This document shows positions 26,502 to 37,339 of a DNA stretch of 64,000 nucleotides, one piece after another. The notes beneath the pieces are model-generated. The model was not told the DNA's origin. It worked only from the letters and a program-made list of their open reading frames with translations, and did not search any database. Source of the stretch: Burkholderiales bacterium (GTDB lineage: Bacteria; Pseudomonadota; Gammaproteobacteria; Burkholderiales; SG8-39). Both the position numbers and the translations under genes were made by a program. The stretch is from assembly GCA_035519135.1 (NCBI GenBank), contig DATIWX010000135.1, forward strand, positions 1,459-65,458, read 5' to 3'. How positions within the stretch are numbered: the stretch's first letter is position 1; every line of letters starts with the position of its first letter.

Positions 26502-27434
26502 GTGAACGAGGAGCATCGCGTCGTGGCGCAAGCCCAAACCTGGACCCGGGGCGAAGTATGGCGGAGGAAGCTGCTCTACCCCGGGCATACCCTGCCGACG
26601 GCGGCGGCGCCGGTGCTGGTCGCCTGCGGCCTCGCGGTTCACGGTCATGTCTTTTCGGCGGCGCCCGCGCTCGCCGCGCTTCTCGCCGGCTGGCTGATCC
26701 AGCTCGGCGGCGTGCTGACGGACAACTACGAGAACCTGGTGCGCCAGCCCGAGGACCGGGAGCACCCCGAGCTGGTCGAGGCGCTGCGTGCCGGCACCCT
26801 TTCCCTTGCGCAGCTGAAGGCGGCGATCGCCGCGTGCTACGCGATCGCGCTGCTCGCGGGCGGTTTTCTCCTGTGGGTCGCCGGACCCCTGGTGCTGTGG
26901 ATCGGCCTGGCGAGCATCGTCGCGAGCTGGGCCTACTCGGCCGGACCCTGCCCGATCGGCAAGCTGGGGCTCGCCGACCCGCTGTTCTTCGTCTTCTTCG
27001 GCATCGTCTCGGTCCTGGGTGCGTACTATGTTCAGGCGCAGGCGCTGCCGTCGGTCGCGCTGGCGCTGAGCCTTCCCGTGGGCGCGCTCACCACCAACAT
27101 CCTCATCGTCGACGACATCCGCGACCGCGAGTTCGACGCGGTGAAGGGCAAGCGCACGGTGGCGGTGCGCTTCGGCAAGGAATGGAGCCGAGCCGAGTTC
27201 CTCGCGCTGCTCGCGCTCGCCTATCTCGCGCCGCTCTGGTTCCGGCTCGGCTTCGGCTTCAGCACCTGGATCCTGCTGCCCTTGCTGACGGCGCCGTACG
27301 CGTTCGCCACCGCCCGGGCGGTCCTGACCCGGGACCGCTACGAGCAGCTCGTGCCGGTCACGCCCATGGCCGGGCGATTGCTGCTCGCGTATTGCGCGCT
27401 GCTCGCGATCGGCGCAGCCGTCCCCACCGGCTGA
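26502..27434 (+). CDS. UbiA-superfamily prenyltransferase (MenA-like)
   Basis: 310 aa and polytopic. Asp-rich motifs are ..LTDNYENL.. and ..IVDDIRDREFDAVKGKRT.. The start is uncertain: GTG at 26502 or GTG at 26523. Confidence 0.7.
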   Translation: MNEEHRVVAQAQTWTRGEVWRRKLLYPGHTLPTAAAPVLVACGLAVHGHVFSAAPALAALLAGWLIQLGGVLTDNYENLVRQPEDREHPELVEALRAGTLSLAQLKAAIAACYAIALLAGGFLLWVAGPLVLWIGLASIVASWAYSAGPCPIGKLGLADPLFFVFFGIVSVLGAYYVQAQALPSVALALSLPVGALTTNILIVDDIRDREFDAVKGKRTVAVRFGKEWSRAEFLALLALAYLAPLWFRLGFGFSTWILLPLLTAPYAFATARAVLTRDRYEQLVPVTPMAGRLLLAYCALLAIGAAVPTG

Positions 27435-28465
27435 TGTCCGACCTGTTCTCGCCCGTCGAGATCGGCGGTCTTCGCCTCGCCAATCGCATCGTCATGGCGC
27501 CGATGAGCCGCAATCGCGCCGATGCCGGCGAGGCAGCGCATGCGCTCACGGCGAAGTACTACGAGCAGCGGTCCGGCGCCGGCCTCATCGTCACCGAGGC
27601 CTCGCCGGTCTCGCCCCAGGGCAGGGCGAGCCGCGCCGCGCCCGGGATCTACGACGAGAACCACATTGCCGGTTGGCGCCTGGTGACGCGCGCCGTGCAT
27701 GCGAAAGGCGGAAGAATCTTCCTGCAGTTGTGGCACGCCGGAAGGATTTCGCTCGCTTCGCTGCAGCCGGGCGGCGCGCAGCCGGTTGCGCCCTCGGCCA
27801 TCGCGGCGCAAGGCTTCGCCGCGCCGCGCGCGCTCGCCGCGGAGGAGATTCCCGCCGTGGTCGCGCAGTTCGCGAACGCCGCGAAGAACGCGAAGGAGGC
27901 GGGCTTCGACGGAGTCGAGGTGCATGCGGCGAACGGCTACCTCATCGACTCGTTCCTCCGCGACGGCTCGAACCGGCGCGCGGACGCCTACGGCGGACCG
28001 GTCGTGAACCGAGCGCGATTCCTGCTCGAGATACTCGACGCGGTCGAGTCGGTGTGGGATCGCGGCCGCATCGGGGTCAGGCTTTCGCCGGCCAATCCCT
28101 ACAACGACATCCGCGATTCCGAGCCGCAGCGCAGCTTCGGCGAAATCGCGCGGATGCTCGGTGGGCGCAGGCTCGCGTTCCTCCACGTCGACGAAAGTCC
28201 GCGCGAAGGTTTCGATTGGGCGGCGTTCCGCCGGCGCTACGCCGGAACCTACATCGCCAACGGCGGCTACGACCGCGAGCGCGCCGCTGCCGCGCTCGAA
28301 AGCGGGCATGCGGACCTGGCGTCCTTCGGCGTGCTCTACCTCGCCAACCCCGACCTGGTGGAGCGGTTCCGTGCGGGCGCGCCCCTGAACCCGCCGGACC
28401 GCTCGACCTTCTACGGAGGCGGGGAGCACGGCTACACGGACTATCCGGTGTTTCGGGGGCAATGA
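27434..28465 (+). CDS. NADH:flavin oxidoreductase (Old Yellow Enzyme family)
   Basis: MSDLFSPVEIGGLRLANRIVMAPMSRNRA.., ..LWHAGR.., ..HAANGYLIDSFL.. The start overlaps the upstream stop (TGATG). Confidence 0.85.
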   Translation: MSDLFSPVEIGGLRLANRIVMAPMSRNRADAGEAAHALTAKYYEQRSGAGLIVTEASPVSPQGRASRAAPGIYDENHIAGWRLVTRAVHAKGGRIFLQLWHAGRISLASLQPGGAQPVAPSAIAAQGFAAPRALAAEEIPAVVAQFANAAKNAKEAGFDGVEVHAANGYLIDSFLRDGSNRRADAYGGPVVNRARFLLEILDAVESVWDRGRIGVRLSPANPYNDIRDSEPQRSFGEIARMLGGRRLAFLHVDESPREGFDWAAFRRRYAGTYIANGGYDRERAAAALESGHADLASFGVLYLANPDLVERFRAGAPLNPPDRSTFYGGGEHGYTDYPVFRGQ

Positions 28466-29448
28466 TGCGAGCCATGCGTCTTCACGCGCCGCACCGCGGG
28501 CTCGAGCTGGACGAGGTCGCGCCGCCGGTACCGGGGCGCGGCGAGATCCTGCTCGAGGTGAGCGCCTGCGGCGTCTGCCGCACCGACCTGCATATCGTCG
28601 ACGGCGAACTGGAAGGCGGCCGCATGCCGATCGTGCCCGGGCACGAGATCGTCGGCACGGTGGTCGGCAGGGGGCAGGGCGCGGAACGGTTCGCGGAGGG
28701 CGAGCGCGTCGGCGTTCCCTGGCTCGGCTGGAGCTGCGGCAGCTGCGCGCATTGCCGCGCCGGAAGGGAGAACCTCTGCGACGCGGCGCGCTTCACCGGC
28801 TTTCACCGCGACGGCGGCTACGCCGATTACGCGCTTGCGGACGAGCGCTTCTGCTTCGCTTTGCCGCCCGCGTTCGGAGATGCGGAGGCGGCGCCGCTGC
28901 TGTGCGCCGGACTGATCGGCTACCGCGCGCTGGCGATGGCGGGGGAGGCGCGCCGCGTCGGCATCTACGGATTCGGCGCCGCCGCGCACATCGTGGCGCA
29001 GGTCGCGGTCTTCCAGGGGCGCGAGCTCTACGCCTTCACCCGCCCGGGGGACGCCGCCGCCCAGGGTTTCGCGCGCAAGCTCGGCTGCCGCTGGGCGGGA
29101 GACTCGACCGAGACGGCGCCGGAGCCGCTCGACGCCGCGCTCTTGTTCGCGCCGGTGGGGGCGCTGGTGCCGCTCGCGCTCGCGGCGACGCGAAAGGGCG
29201 GCAGCGTCGTCTGCGCCGGCATCCACATGAGCGACATCCCGTCGTTCCCATACGCGCTGCTGTGGGGCGAGCGCAGCCTGAAATCGGTCGCCAACCTCAC
29301 GCGCCGCGACGGCGAGGAGTTCATGCGCCTCGCCCCGCTCGCGGGCGTGCGAACCGAGGTCCGCCGCTATCCGCTGGCCGAGGCGAATGCGGCGCTTCGC
29401 GACCTGCGCGACGGCGCGCTGACTGGCGCCGCGGTGCTCCTTCCCTGA
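28462..29448 (+). CDS. zinc-dependent alcohol dehydrogenase
   Basis: ..ACGVCRTDLHIVDGE..GHEIVG..C..C..C..C.. is the structural zinc motif. The start overlaps the OYE stop. Confidence 0.85.
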   Translation: MMRAMRLHAPHRGLELDEVAPPVPGRGEILLEVSACGVCRTDLHIVDGELEGGRMPIVPGHEIVGTVVGRGQGAERFAEGERVGVPWLGWSCGSCAHCRAGRENLCDAARFTGFHRDGGYADYALADERFCFALPPAFGDAEAAPLLCAGLIGYRALAMAGEARRVGIYGFGAAAHIVAQVAVFQGRELYAFTRPGDAAAQGFARKLGCRWAGDSTETAPEPLDAALLFAPVGALVPLALAATRKGGSVVCAGIHMSDIPSFPYALLWGERSLKSVANLTRRDGEEFMRLAPLAGVRTEVRRYPLAEANAALRDLRDGALTGAAVLLP

Positions 29449-29463
29449 TCCCGTTCGCCGGAT

Positions 29464-29477
29464 TTGACCTGAATCAA
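29464..29477. promoter_or_regulatory. FNR/FixK-type box TTGACCTGAATCAA
   Basis: Its centre is 64.5 bp upstream of the usp ATG. TATTCT (29499-29504) lies at about the -10 position for a box centred at -41.5, and AAGGAG precedes the ATG. Confidence 0.65.
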
Positions 29478-29534
29478 GCGGGCGGGGCGCAGAGCAGCTA
29501 TTCTGGCTTCAGGTCCGGCCAAAAGGAGAAGACC

Positions 29535-29978
29535 ATGTATGCAAACATCCTCGTACCCGTCGACGGCTCGCGGCTGTCGGACAAGGCCTTGAAAGAGGCA
29601 GCCATGCTCGCGAAGACGGGCAACGGCAAGCTGCTCCTGTTCCATGTGGTGGCGCCCTACCAGATGCCCGTATACGCGGAAGGGATGACGATGCCGACCA
29701 TTCCCAAGGAGAGGTTCGCGAAGATGTCGGCGCGCAGGGCCGGCCGGGTCCTCGCCGCCGCCGAGAAGAAGGCGAAGGCGGCCAAGGTGCCGGCAAGCCG
29801 CGCCTGGGCCATCAGCGGCTCGCCGCACGACGCGATCGTCGATATCGCGCGCAGGCGCAGGTGCGACCTGATCGTCATGGCCTCGCACGGTCGCCGCGGT
29901 CTGTCGCGGCTGTTGCTGGGAAGCGAAACGCAGGCGGTGCTGTCGCGCGTGAGCGTGCCGGTCCTGGTCGTGCGCTAG
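29535..29978 (+). CDS. universal stress protein (single Usp domain)
   Basis: 147 aa: MYANILVPVDGS..., ..MASHGRRGLSRLLLGSET..VLVVR. Confidence 0.85.
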   Translation: MYANILVPVDGSRLSDKALKEAAMLAKTGNGKLLLFHVVAPYQMPVYAEGMTMPTIPKERFAKMSARRAGRVLAAAEKKAKAAKVPASRAWAISGSPHDAIVDIARRRRCDLIVMASHGRRGLSRLLLGSETQAVLSRVSVPVLVVR

Positions 29979-29994
29979 GTCGCGGGCAGGCATC

Positions 29995-31486
29995 GTGTCC
30001 GCCACGGCTCCGTCGCCGGCGACATCGGGCGTTTCCGAGGTCAAACCCTGGGGCCTGCTCGCGGCGCTCGCCGCATTGGTGGTCGTCTGCGCCCTGCCGA
30101 CTCCCCAGGGCCTGCCGCCCGCCGGCCAGTATATGCTGGGGATGCTGCTGTTCTCGGTGATCCTGTGGATGACCGAGGCGGTGGACTACGCCATCAGCGC
30201 GGTCCTGATCGCTGCCCTGATGGCATTCCTGCTCGGGCTCGCGCCCAACGTCGCCAGGCCCGAACAGGCGCTCGGTACGAGCGCCGCGCTCGGCCTCGCG
30301 ATGAGCGGCTTCGCCAACACCGCGCTCGCGCTCGTCGCCGCGGCGACCTTCCTGTCGGCGGCGATGACCGTGACCGGACTGGACAAGCGCATCGCGCTGT
30401 TCGTGCTCTCCAAGGTCGGCGCGAAGACGCACCGCGTCGTGGTGGGGGCGATCATCGTCGGCATCGTGCTCGCTTTTCTGGTGCCTTCGACGACCGCCCG
30501 GGTCGCCTGCCTCGTTCCGATCATGATGGGCATCATCCTCGCCTTCGGCGTCGACAGGCAGTCGCGCTTCGCCGGGCTGCTCATCATCACGACGGCGCAA
30601 GCCGCCTCGATCTGGAACGTCGGCATCAAGACGGCCGCCGCGCAGAACATGGTGGCCATCGGCTTCATCGAGAAGACGCTCAAGGGGACGATCACCTATC
30701 CGGAATGGCTGATCGCCGCCGCGCCCTGGGCGATCCTCATGTCGATCGTGCTCTACATCGTCATGGTGAGGATGATGCCGCCCGAAATGGACGAGGTCGC
30801 GGGCGGCGAGGAGGCGATCCGCAGGGCGCTGGCGCAGCTCGGGCCGACGAGCGCCGCCGAATGGAGGCTGCTCGCCGTGTCGCTCTCGCTCCTGGTCCTC
30901 TGGGCGACGGAGGGCATCCTGCATCGTTTCGACACCTCGACGACCACGGTCGCGGCGATCGGCATCCTGTTCCTGCCGTGGATCGGCGTGATGGGCTGGA
31001 AGCAGGCGCAGCCGAGGATTCCCTGGGGCACGCTCGTGCTCTTCGGCATCGGCATCTCGCTCGGCACGGCACTGCTGCAGACCAAGGCCGCCGGCTGGCT
31101 CGCCGACATCATCGTCAGGAACCTGGGACTCGCCGACTCGTCGGCGTTCGCGATCATCGCGCTGATGTCCCTGTTCCTCATCGTCGTGCACCTGGGCTTC
31201 GCCAGCGCGACCGCGCTCGCCTCGGCGATGATCCCGATCATGATCGGCGTGCTGCAGGCGATCAAGACGCCCGGACTGAACCTCATCGGCATGACCATGA
31301 TCCTGCAGTTCGTGGTGAGCTTCGGCTTCATTCTCCCGGTGAATGCGCCGCAGAACATGGTCGCCTACGGAACCGGGGCGTTCACCGTCAAGGACTTCGT
31401 GAAGACCGGCCTGGTGCTCACGCTGGCCGGCTACGCGCTGGTGCTGCTGCTCGGCGCGACCTACTGGAGATGGATGGGCTACCTCG

Positions 31487-31494
<8 letters not shown>
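29995..31494 (+). CDS. SLC13/DASS-family anion permease
   Basis: 499 aa and polytopic, with ..MLGMLLFSVILWMTEAV.. and a repeated hairpin-type architecture. GTG start. Confidence 0.7.
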
Positions 31495-32605
<1,111 letters not shown>

Positions 32606-32639
32606 TTTCAAAGGGTAAAGAGCTTCGGCCCGCCGCGGA

Positions 32640-32653
32640 TTGACCCATGTCAA
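32640..32653. promoter_or_regulatory. FNR/FixK-type box variant TTGACCCATGTCAA (symmetric, 2 mismatches) in the ald/polX divergent region
   Basis: Its centre is 41.5 bp from the ald ATG (32605) and 53.5 bp from the polX ATG (32700). Confidence 0.5.
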
Positions 32654-32699
32654 CCGACCGGTCGGCGAGTCGGCCATTATCCATATTGGAGGCTTGGCG

Positions 32700-34487
32700 A
32701 TGGGCAGACCGGCTGGCGAGGTTTCAGCAACGAAGGCGGGGGCGGTCCACAACGCCGATATCGCGCGCGCTTTCGAGGAGATCGCCGACCGGCTCGAGAT
32801 CGGCGACGCGAACCCGTTTCGCGTGCGGGCCTATCGCAACGCTGCCCGGGTGGTGGGCGAGCTGAAGCTCGATGTCGCGGCGAAGATCCGCGGTGGCGAG
32901 GCGCTGCCCAAGCTTCCGGGAATCGGCGAGGACCTGGCGGGCAAGCTCGGCGAGCTCGCGACGACCGGCCGTTGCGAGATGCTCGAGCGCCTGCGCAGGA
33001 AAATGCCGCCCGCGATCACCGAGCTGCTGCGCGTCCCGGGGCTGGGACCGAAGCGCGTCAGGGCGCTTTACCGCGAGCTCGGCGTGCAGACCCTGGAGCA
33101 GCTCCAGCGCGCGGCGCGCGACGGCCGGATCCGCGAGCTCCCGGGCTTCGGCGAGAAGTCCGAGCTGAACCTGCTGGAGTCGGTCGAGGCGCGGCTTTCG
33201 AAGGCGCGGCGCTTCAAGCTGGCCGTCGCGGCGCAGTACGCCGAGGCGCTCGCCGCGTACCTGCGCGAGTCCGCCGGTGTCGGCAAGGTCGTCGTGGCGG
33301 GCAGCCTGCGCCGCATGCGCGAGACGGTCGGCGACATCGACATTCTCGCGACGGCCGACGCCTTCAGCGATGTCATGGAGCGCTTCGTGCGCTACGGCGA
33401 GGTGAAGGACGTGCTGTCCCACGGCGAGACGCGATCGAGCGTGCTGCTCGCCTCGGGCATCCAGGCCGACCTGCGCGTCGTTCCGCGGGAGAGCTACGGC
33501 GCCGCGCTGCACTACCTGACCGGCTCGAAGGCACACAACATCGCCGTCAGGCAGCTCGCCCAGGCGCGCGGCATGAAGCTCAACGAGTACGGCGTCTTCC
33601 GGAGCGCGAAGCGCGTCGCCGGCGACACCGAGGAATCGGTGTTCGAAGCCGTGGGCCTGCCCTACATCGAGCCCGAGCTGCGCGAGGAGCACGGCGAGAT
33701 CGAGGCGGCGCGCTCAGGGCGCCTGCCCAAGCTGGTCGAGCTCGGCGACCTCCGGGGCGACCTGCACGCCCACAGCAAGTGGAGCGACGGCCGGAACACG
33801 ATCCGCGAGATGGCGCTCGCCGCGCGGGAGCACGGGCTTGCGTATCTCGCCATCACCGATCATTCGCGGCGGCTCGCCATGGCGCACGGGCTCGACCCGG
33901 AACGTCTGCGGCGGCAATGGAGCGAGATCGAGGCGACCGAGGTTCCGGGCATCACGCTGCTGAAGGGCATCGAGGTCGACGTGCTGGAGGACGGGACGCT
34001 CGATCTGCCCGACTCCGTGCTCGGCGGGCTGGACATCGTGATCGCGGCCGTGCACAGCAAGTTCAATCTCTCGCGCGAGCGCCAGACCGAGCGCATCCTG
34101 CGCGCCCTCGACCATCCGCTCGTCGCCCTGCTCGCGCACCCGCTGGGCCGGCTGATCGACGCGCGCGAGCCCTACGACGTGGACATGCTAAGGATCGTGC
34201 GCAAGGCCGCCGCACGCGGGCGCCACCTCGAATTGAACGCGCATCCGGAGCGCCTGGATCTCCTCGATACGCACTGCCGCATGGCGAAGGACGAGGGCGT
34301 GCTGGTCAGCATCAATTCCGACGCGCACAGCGCGCTCGAGTTCGACAACCTGAAATACGGCATCGGTCAGGCAAGGCGGGGATGGCTGGAGAGGAAGGAC
34401 GTGCTCAACGCGCTTTCGCTTGCCGAGCTGCGCCGGCTGCTGCCGGTCGCGCAGTCCGGCGGGCAGCGCGAGAAAGGGCCTGCCTGA
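32700..34487 (+). CDS. polX: family X DNA polymerase with a C-terminal PHP phosphoesterase domain (PolX)
   Basis: ..IARAFEEIADRLEIGDANPFRVRAYRNAA.., HhH motifs (LPGIGEDLA, VPGLGPKRV, LPGFGEKS), and a PHP domain (..DLHAHSKWSDG..). The start at 32700 is my choice among alternatives. Confidence 0.8.
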   Translation: MGRPAGEVSATKAGAVHNADIARAFEEIADRLEIGDANPFRVRAYRNAARVVGELKLDVAAKIRGGEALPKLPGIGEDLAGKLGELATTGRCEMLERLRRKMPPAITELLRVPGLGPKRVRALYRELGVQTLEQLQRAARDGRIRELPGFGEKSELNLLESVEARLSKARRFKLAVAAQYAEALAAYLRESAGVGKVVVAGSLRRMRETVGDIDILATADAFSDVMERFVRYGEVKDVLSHGETRSSVLLASGIQADLRVVPRESYGAALHYLTGSKAHNIAVRQLAQARGMKLNEYGVFRSAKRVAGDTEESVFEAVGLPYIEPELREEHGEIEAARSGRLPKLVELGDLRGDLHAHSKWSDGRNTIREMALAAREHGLAYLAITDHSRRLAMAHGLDPERLRRQWSEIEATEVPGITLLKGIEVDVLEDGTLDLPDSVLGGLDIVIAAVHSKFNLSRERQTERILRALDHPLVALLAHPLGRLIDAREPYDVDMLRIVRKAAARGRHLELNAHPERLDLLDTHCRMAKDEGVLVSINSDAHSALEFDNLKYGIGQARRGWLERKDVLNALSLAELRRLLPVAQSGGQREKGPA

Positions 34488-34900
34488 AAAGCTTTTCCTA
34501 TTTCGAGCACGACGCCGATATCGGTATCATCGGCAGGGGCGCGACGCTGGAGAGGGCGTTCGAGTCCGCCGCCGAAGCGATGTTCGCCGTCATGGCCGAT
34601 CCGCAATCGCTGCTGCGGGAATCGCAGGAGGTGTCGGTGTCCTTCACCGAGGACGATGTCGAGCTGGCGCTGGTCCAGTGGCTCAACGCCCTGCTCGGCG
34701 CGGCGAGGGAGCGGGGCGCGGTGTTCCGCCGCTTCGCGCTCGCGCGCGAAGGCCCGCGCTGGAGCGGCCGCGCCTGGGGCGAGCCCTGGCGCGAGAGTTC
34801 GGAGCGGGGCACGGAAGTGAAGGGCGCGACGCTCACCATGCTCTCAGTGAGGCAGGCGGACGGAGCGGGCTGGGAAGCCCGCTGCGTGATCGACGTCTAG
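34484..34900 (+). CDS. archease (RtcB activator)
   Basis: The conserved N-terminus ..FSYFEHDADIGIIGRGATLERAFESAAEAMF.. is present. The only nearby start candidates are a CTG at 34484 overlapping the polX stop (CTGA) and an in-frame ATG at 34382. Confidence 0.7.
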   Translation: MKSFSYFEHDADIGIIGRGATLERAFESAAEAMFAVMADPQSLLRESQEVSVSFTEDDVELALVQWLNALLGAARERGAVFRRFALAREGPRWSGRAWGEPWRESSERGTEVKGATLTMLSVRQADGAGWEARCVIDV

Positions 34901-34909
34901 GGGAAGCGA

Positions 34910-36343
34910 ATGGATCTCGAGCGACTGGAGCAGACCGGCCCCTGGGCCTGGCGCGTGAAGCGCGACCCGGGCGCCGAGCGCGCCGAGGCGGTTCTCTACG
35001 GCGACGCCGAGCTGCTGCGCACCATGGACGACAAGGTGCTCGAGCAGATCACCAACGTCGCCCGCCTTCCCGGCCTCGTCGGCCCGGCGCTCGCCATGCC
35101 CGACGCTCACTGGGGCTACGGCTTTCCGATCGGCGGCGTGGCGGCGTTCGATCCCGAGCGAGGCGGCATCATCTCCGCGGGCGGCGTGGGCTTCGACATC
35201 TCCTGCGGCATACGCTGCCTGCGAACGAGCCTCGCGGCGGAGGAAGTCGCGCCGCTGGCGTCTAGGCTCGCCGACAGCCTGTATCGCGACATTCCCGCCG
35301 GGGTCGGAGTCGAAGGCAGCCTGCAGCTCTCGATCGGAGAGCTGGATTCCGTCCTCAAGGACGGCGCACGCTGGGCGGTGCGCCACGGCTACGGCGAGGA
35401 AGCGGAGCTCGAATACGTGGAGGAGCGCGGCCGCGTCGAGGGCGCGAAGCCGCAGAACGTTTCGCAGCTGGCGAAGAAGCGCCAGCGCGGGGAGATGGGC
35501 ACGCTCGGCTCGGGCAACCACTACCTCGAGGTGCAGGTCGTCGAGCGCATCCACGACGCGGCGGCGGCGGAAGCCTACGGGCTCCGCACCGGGCAGGTCG
35601 TCGTTTCGATCCACTGCGGATCGCGCGGCCTCGGTCACCAGATCGGCACCGATTTCCTCGTCAGCCTCGCCAAGGCGGCCGGCCGGCTCGGGATCGCGCT
35701 CCCGGACCGCGAGCTCGCCTGCGCGCCGGTCCGCTCGCCCGAGGGCGAGCAGTACATCGGCGCCATGAACGCGGCGATCAACTGCGCGCTTGCGAACCGC
35801 CAGATCCTCGCGCATCTCGCGCGGCGGACTCTCGCGCATTTCTTCCCGGACGTGCGCGTCGAAACGCTGTTCGACGTCTCGCACAACACCTGCAAGCCGG
35901 AGCGCCACGAGGCGAACGGCAGGGAGCGCCTGCTGTGGGTGCACCGCAAGGGCGCGACGCGGGCGTTCGCGCCGGGCCATCCCGACATCCCGAAGCGCTA
36001 CCGCGAGGCCGGCCAGCCGGTGATCATCGGCGGCAGCATGGGCACCGGCTCGTACGTGCTCGCCGGCGTGGGCTCGAGCGAGGCGCGCGCCTGGAGCTCT
36101 GCGAGCCACGGCGCGGGACGCGCCATGAGCCGGCACCAGGCGCTCAGGCAATGGCAGGGCCGGCAGCTGGTCGATTCGCTGCGCGAGCGCGGTATCCTGA
36201 TCCGCACGCGCTCGATGCGCGGCGTCGCCGAGGAAGCCCCGGGCGCCTACAAGGACGTGGACCGCGTCGCCGAGGCGACCGAAGGCGCGGGGCTCGCGCG
36301 CCGCGTCGCCTTCCTGCGGCCGGTGGTCTGCGTGAAAGGCTGA
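34910..36343 (+). CDS. rtcB: RNA-splicing ligase RtcB
   Basis: 477 aa with ..AMPDAHWGYGFPIGGVAAF.., ..GSGNHYLEVQ.., ..HCGSRGLGHQI.., ..HRKGATRA.. Confidence 0.92.
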   Translation: MDLERLEQTGPWAWRVKRDPGAERAEAVLYGDAELLRTMDDKVLEQITNVARLPGLVGPALAMPDAHWGYGFPIGGVAAFDPERGGIISAGGVGFDISCGIRCLRTSLAAEEVAPLASRLADSLYRDIPAGVGVEGSLQLSIGELDSVLKDGARWAVRHGYGEEAELEYVEERGRVEGAKPQNVSQLAKKRQRGEMGTLGSGNHYLEVQVVERIHDAAAAEAYGLRTGQVVVSIHCGSRGLGHQIGTDFLVSLAKAAGRLGIALPDRELACAPVRSPEGEQYIGAMNAAINCALANRQILAHLARRTLAHFFPDVRVETLFDVSHNTCKPERHEANGRERLLWVHRKGATRAFAPGHPDIPKRYREAGQPVIIGGSMGTGSYVLAGVGSSEARAWSSASHGAGRAMSRHQALRQWQGRQLVDSLRERGILIRTRSMRGVAEEAPGAYKDVDRVAEATEGAGLARRVAFLRPVVCVKG

Positions 36344-36387
36344 GGCGGCTGGAACCCCGGAACCGATTTCGAAACAGGAGAAGACAC

Positions 36388-37227
36388 ATGGACTACAAGA
36401 CGATTCTCGTTCACCTCGACGCCGGCGCGCGCAGCACGGAGCGCCTTGAGCTCGCGCTGGCGCTCGCCGACCGCTACGACGCGCATCTGGTCGGCCTGTT
36501 CGCGCTGAGCGCGATGAGGACGCCCTCGTATGTCCGCGCCGATACCGTCGCCCTGCTGGTTGCCGCGCAGGAACGCCAGCGGGCCGAGGCGGCCGCCGCG
36601 GCCGAGGCGAAATTCCGCGCCGCCGCGGCGAGGTACGGCAGCGTGAAGGCGGAGTGGCGCGTCTCTCATGGGGATGCGCTGGGCGCGGTACAGCTGAGCG
36701 CGCGCTATTCCGATCTGGTGATCATCGGCCAGCGGGACCGCGATGCCGAGCGCGAAACCGGCATCGCCCCGGAATTCGTCGACGAGCTGGTCGTGTCATG
36801 CGGCCGTCCCGTACTGGTCGTTCCCTACGCCGGCCACTATCCCGATGCCGGCAAGAGAGTGCTGGTCGCCTGGAACGCGTCCGCCGAAGCGTCGCGGGCC
36901 ATGTCGGACGCCTTGCCGCTGCTCGCGCGCGCCGAGCGCGTCAATGTTGTCGTGTTCCACGCCGGGAGCCCCGGCGACCACGGCGAGGAACCGGGCGCGG
37001 ACGCCGCCCTGTACCTCGCGCGCCACGGCGTGAAGGCCGCGGTGTCGCGCTACGGCAGTCCGGGGCTGGATATCGGGTCGCAGATCCTCTCCCGCGCCGC
37101 CGACCTGACGGTCGATCTCATCGTGATGGGCGCCTACGGGCACTCCAGGATCCGCGAGCTCGTGCTCGGGGGCGCGACGCGGTCGCTGCTCGAGTCCATG
37201 ACCGCGCCGGTCCTGATGTCGCGCTGA
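36388..37227 (+). CDS. universal stress protein (tandem Usp domains)
   Basis: 279 aa from MDYKTILVHLDAG.. The second domain ends ..MGAYGHSRIRELVLGGATRSLL..PVLMSR. Confidence 0.85.
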   Translation: MDYKTILVHLDAGARSTERLELALALADRYDAHLVGLFALSAMRTPSYVRADTVALLVAAQERQRAEAAAAAEAKFRAAAARYGSVKAEWRVSHGDALGAVQLSARYSDLVIIGQRDRDAERETGIAPEFVDELVVSCGRPVLVVPYAGHYPDAGKRVLVAWNASAEASRAMSDALPLLARAERVNVVVFHAGSPGDHGEEPGADAALYLARHGVKAAVSRYGSPGLDIGSQILSRAADLTVDLIVMGAYGHSRIRELVLGGATRSLLESMTAPVLMSR

Positions 37228-37261
37228 ACCGGTTGGTGCGGCCCCGGCGACAAGCCCGCTA

Positions 37262-37275
37262 TTGATCCAGGTCAA
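37262..37275. promoter_or_regulatory. FNR/FixK-type box TTGATCCAGGTCAA
   Basis: Its centre is 71.5 bp upstream of the ATG at 37340. Confidence 0.6.
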
Positions 37276-37339
37276 GGTGCGCCGCGGGCGTGGGCATAGC
37301 GTTGAAGGATCGCGGCGGAATCGGACATCGGGAAGCGTC

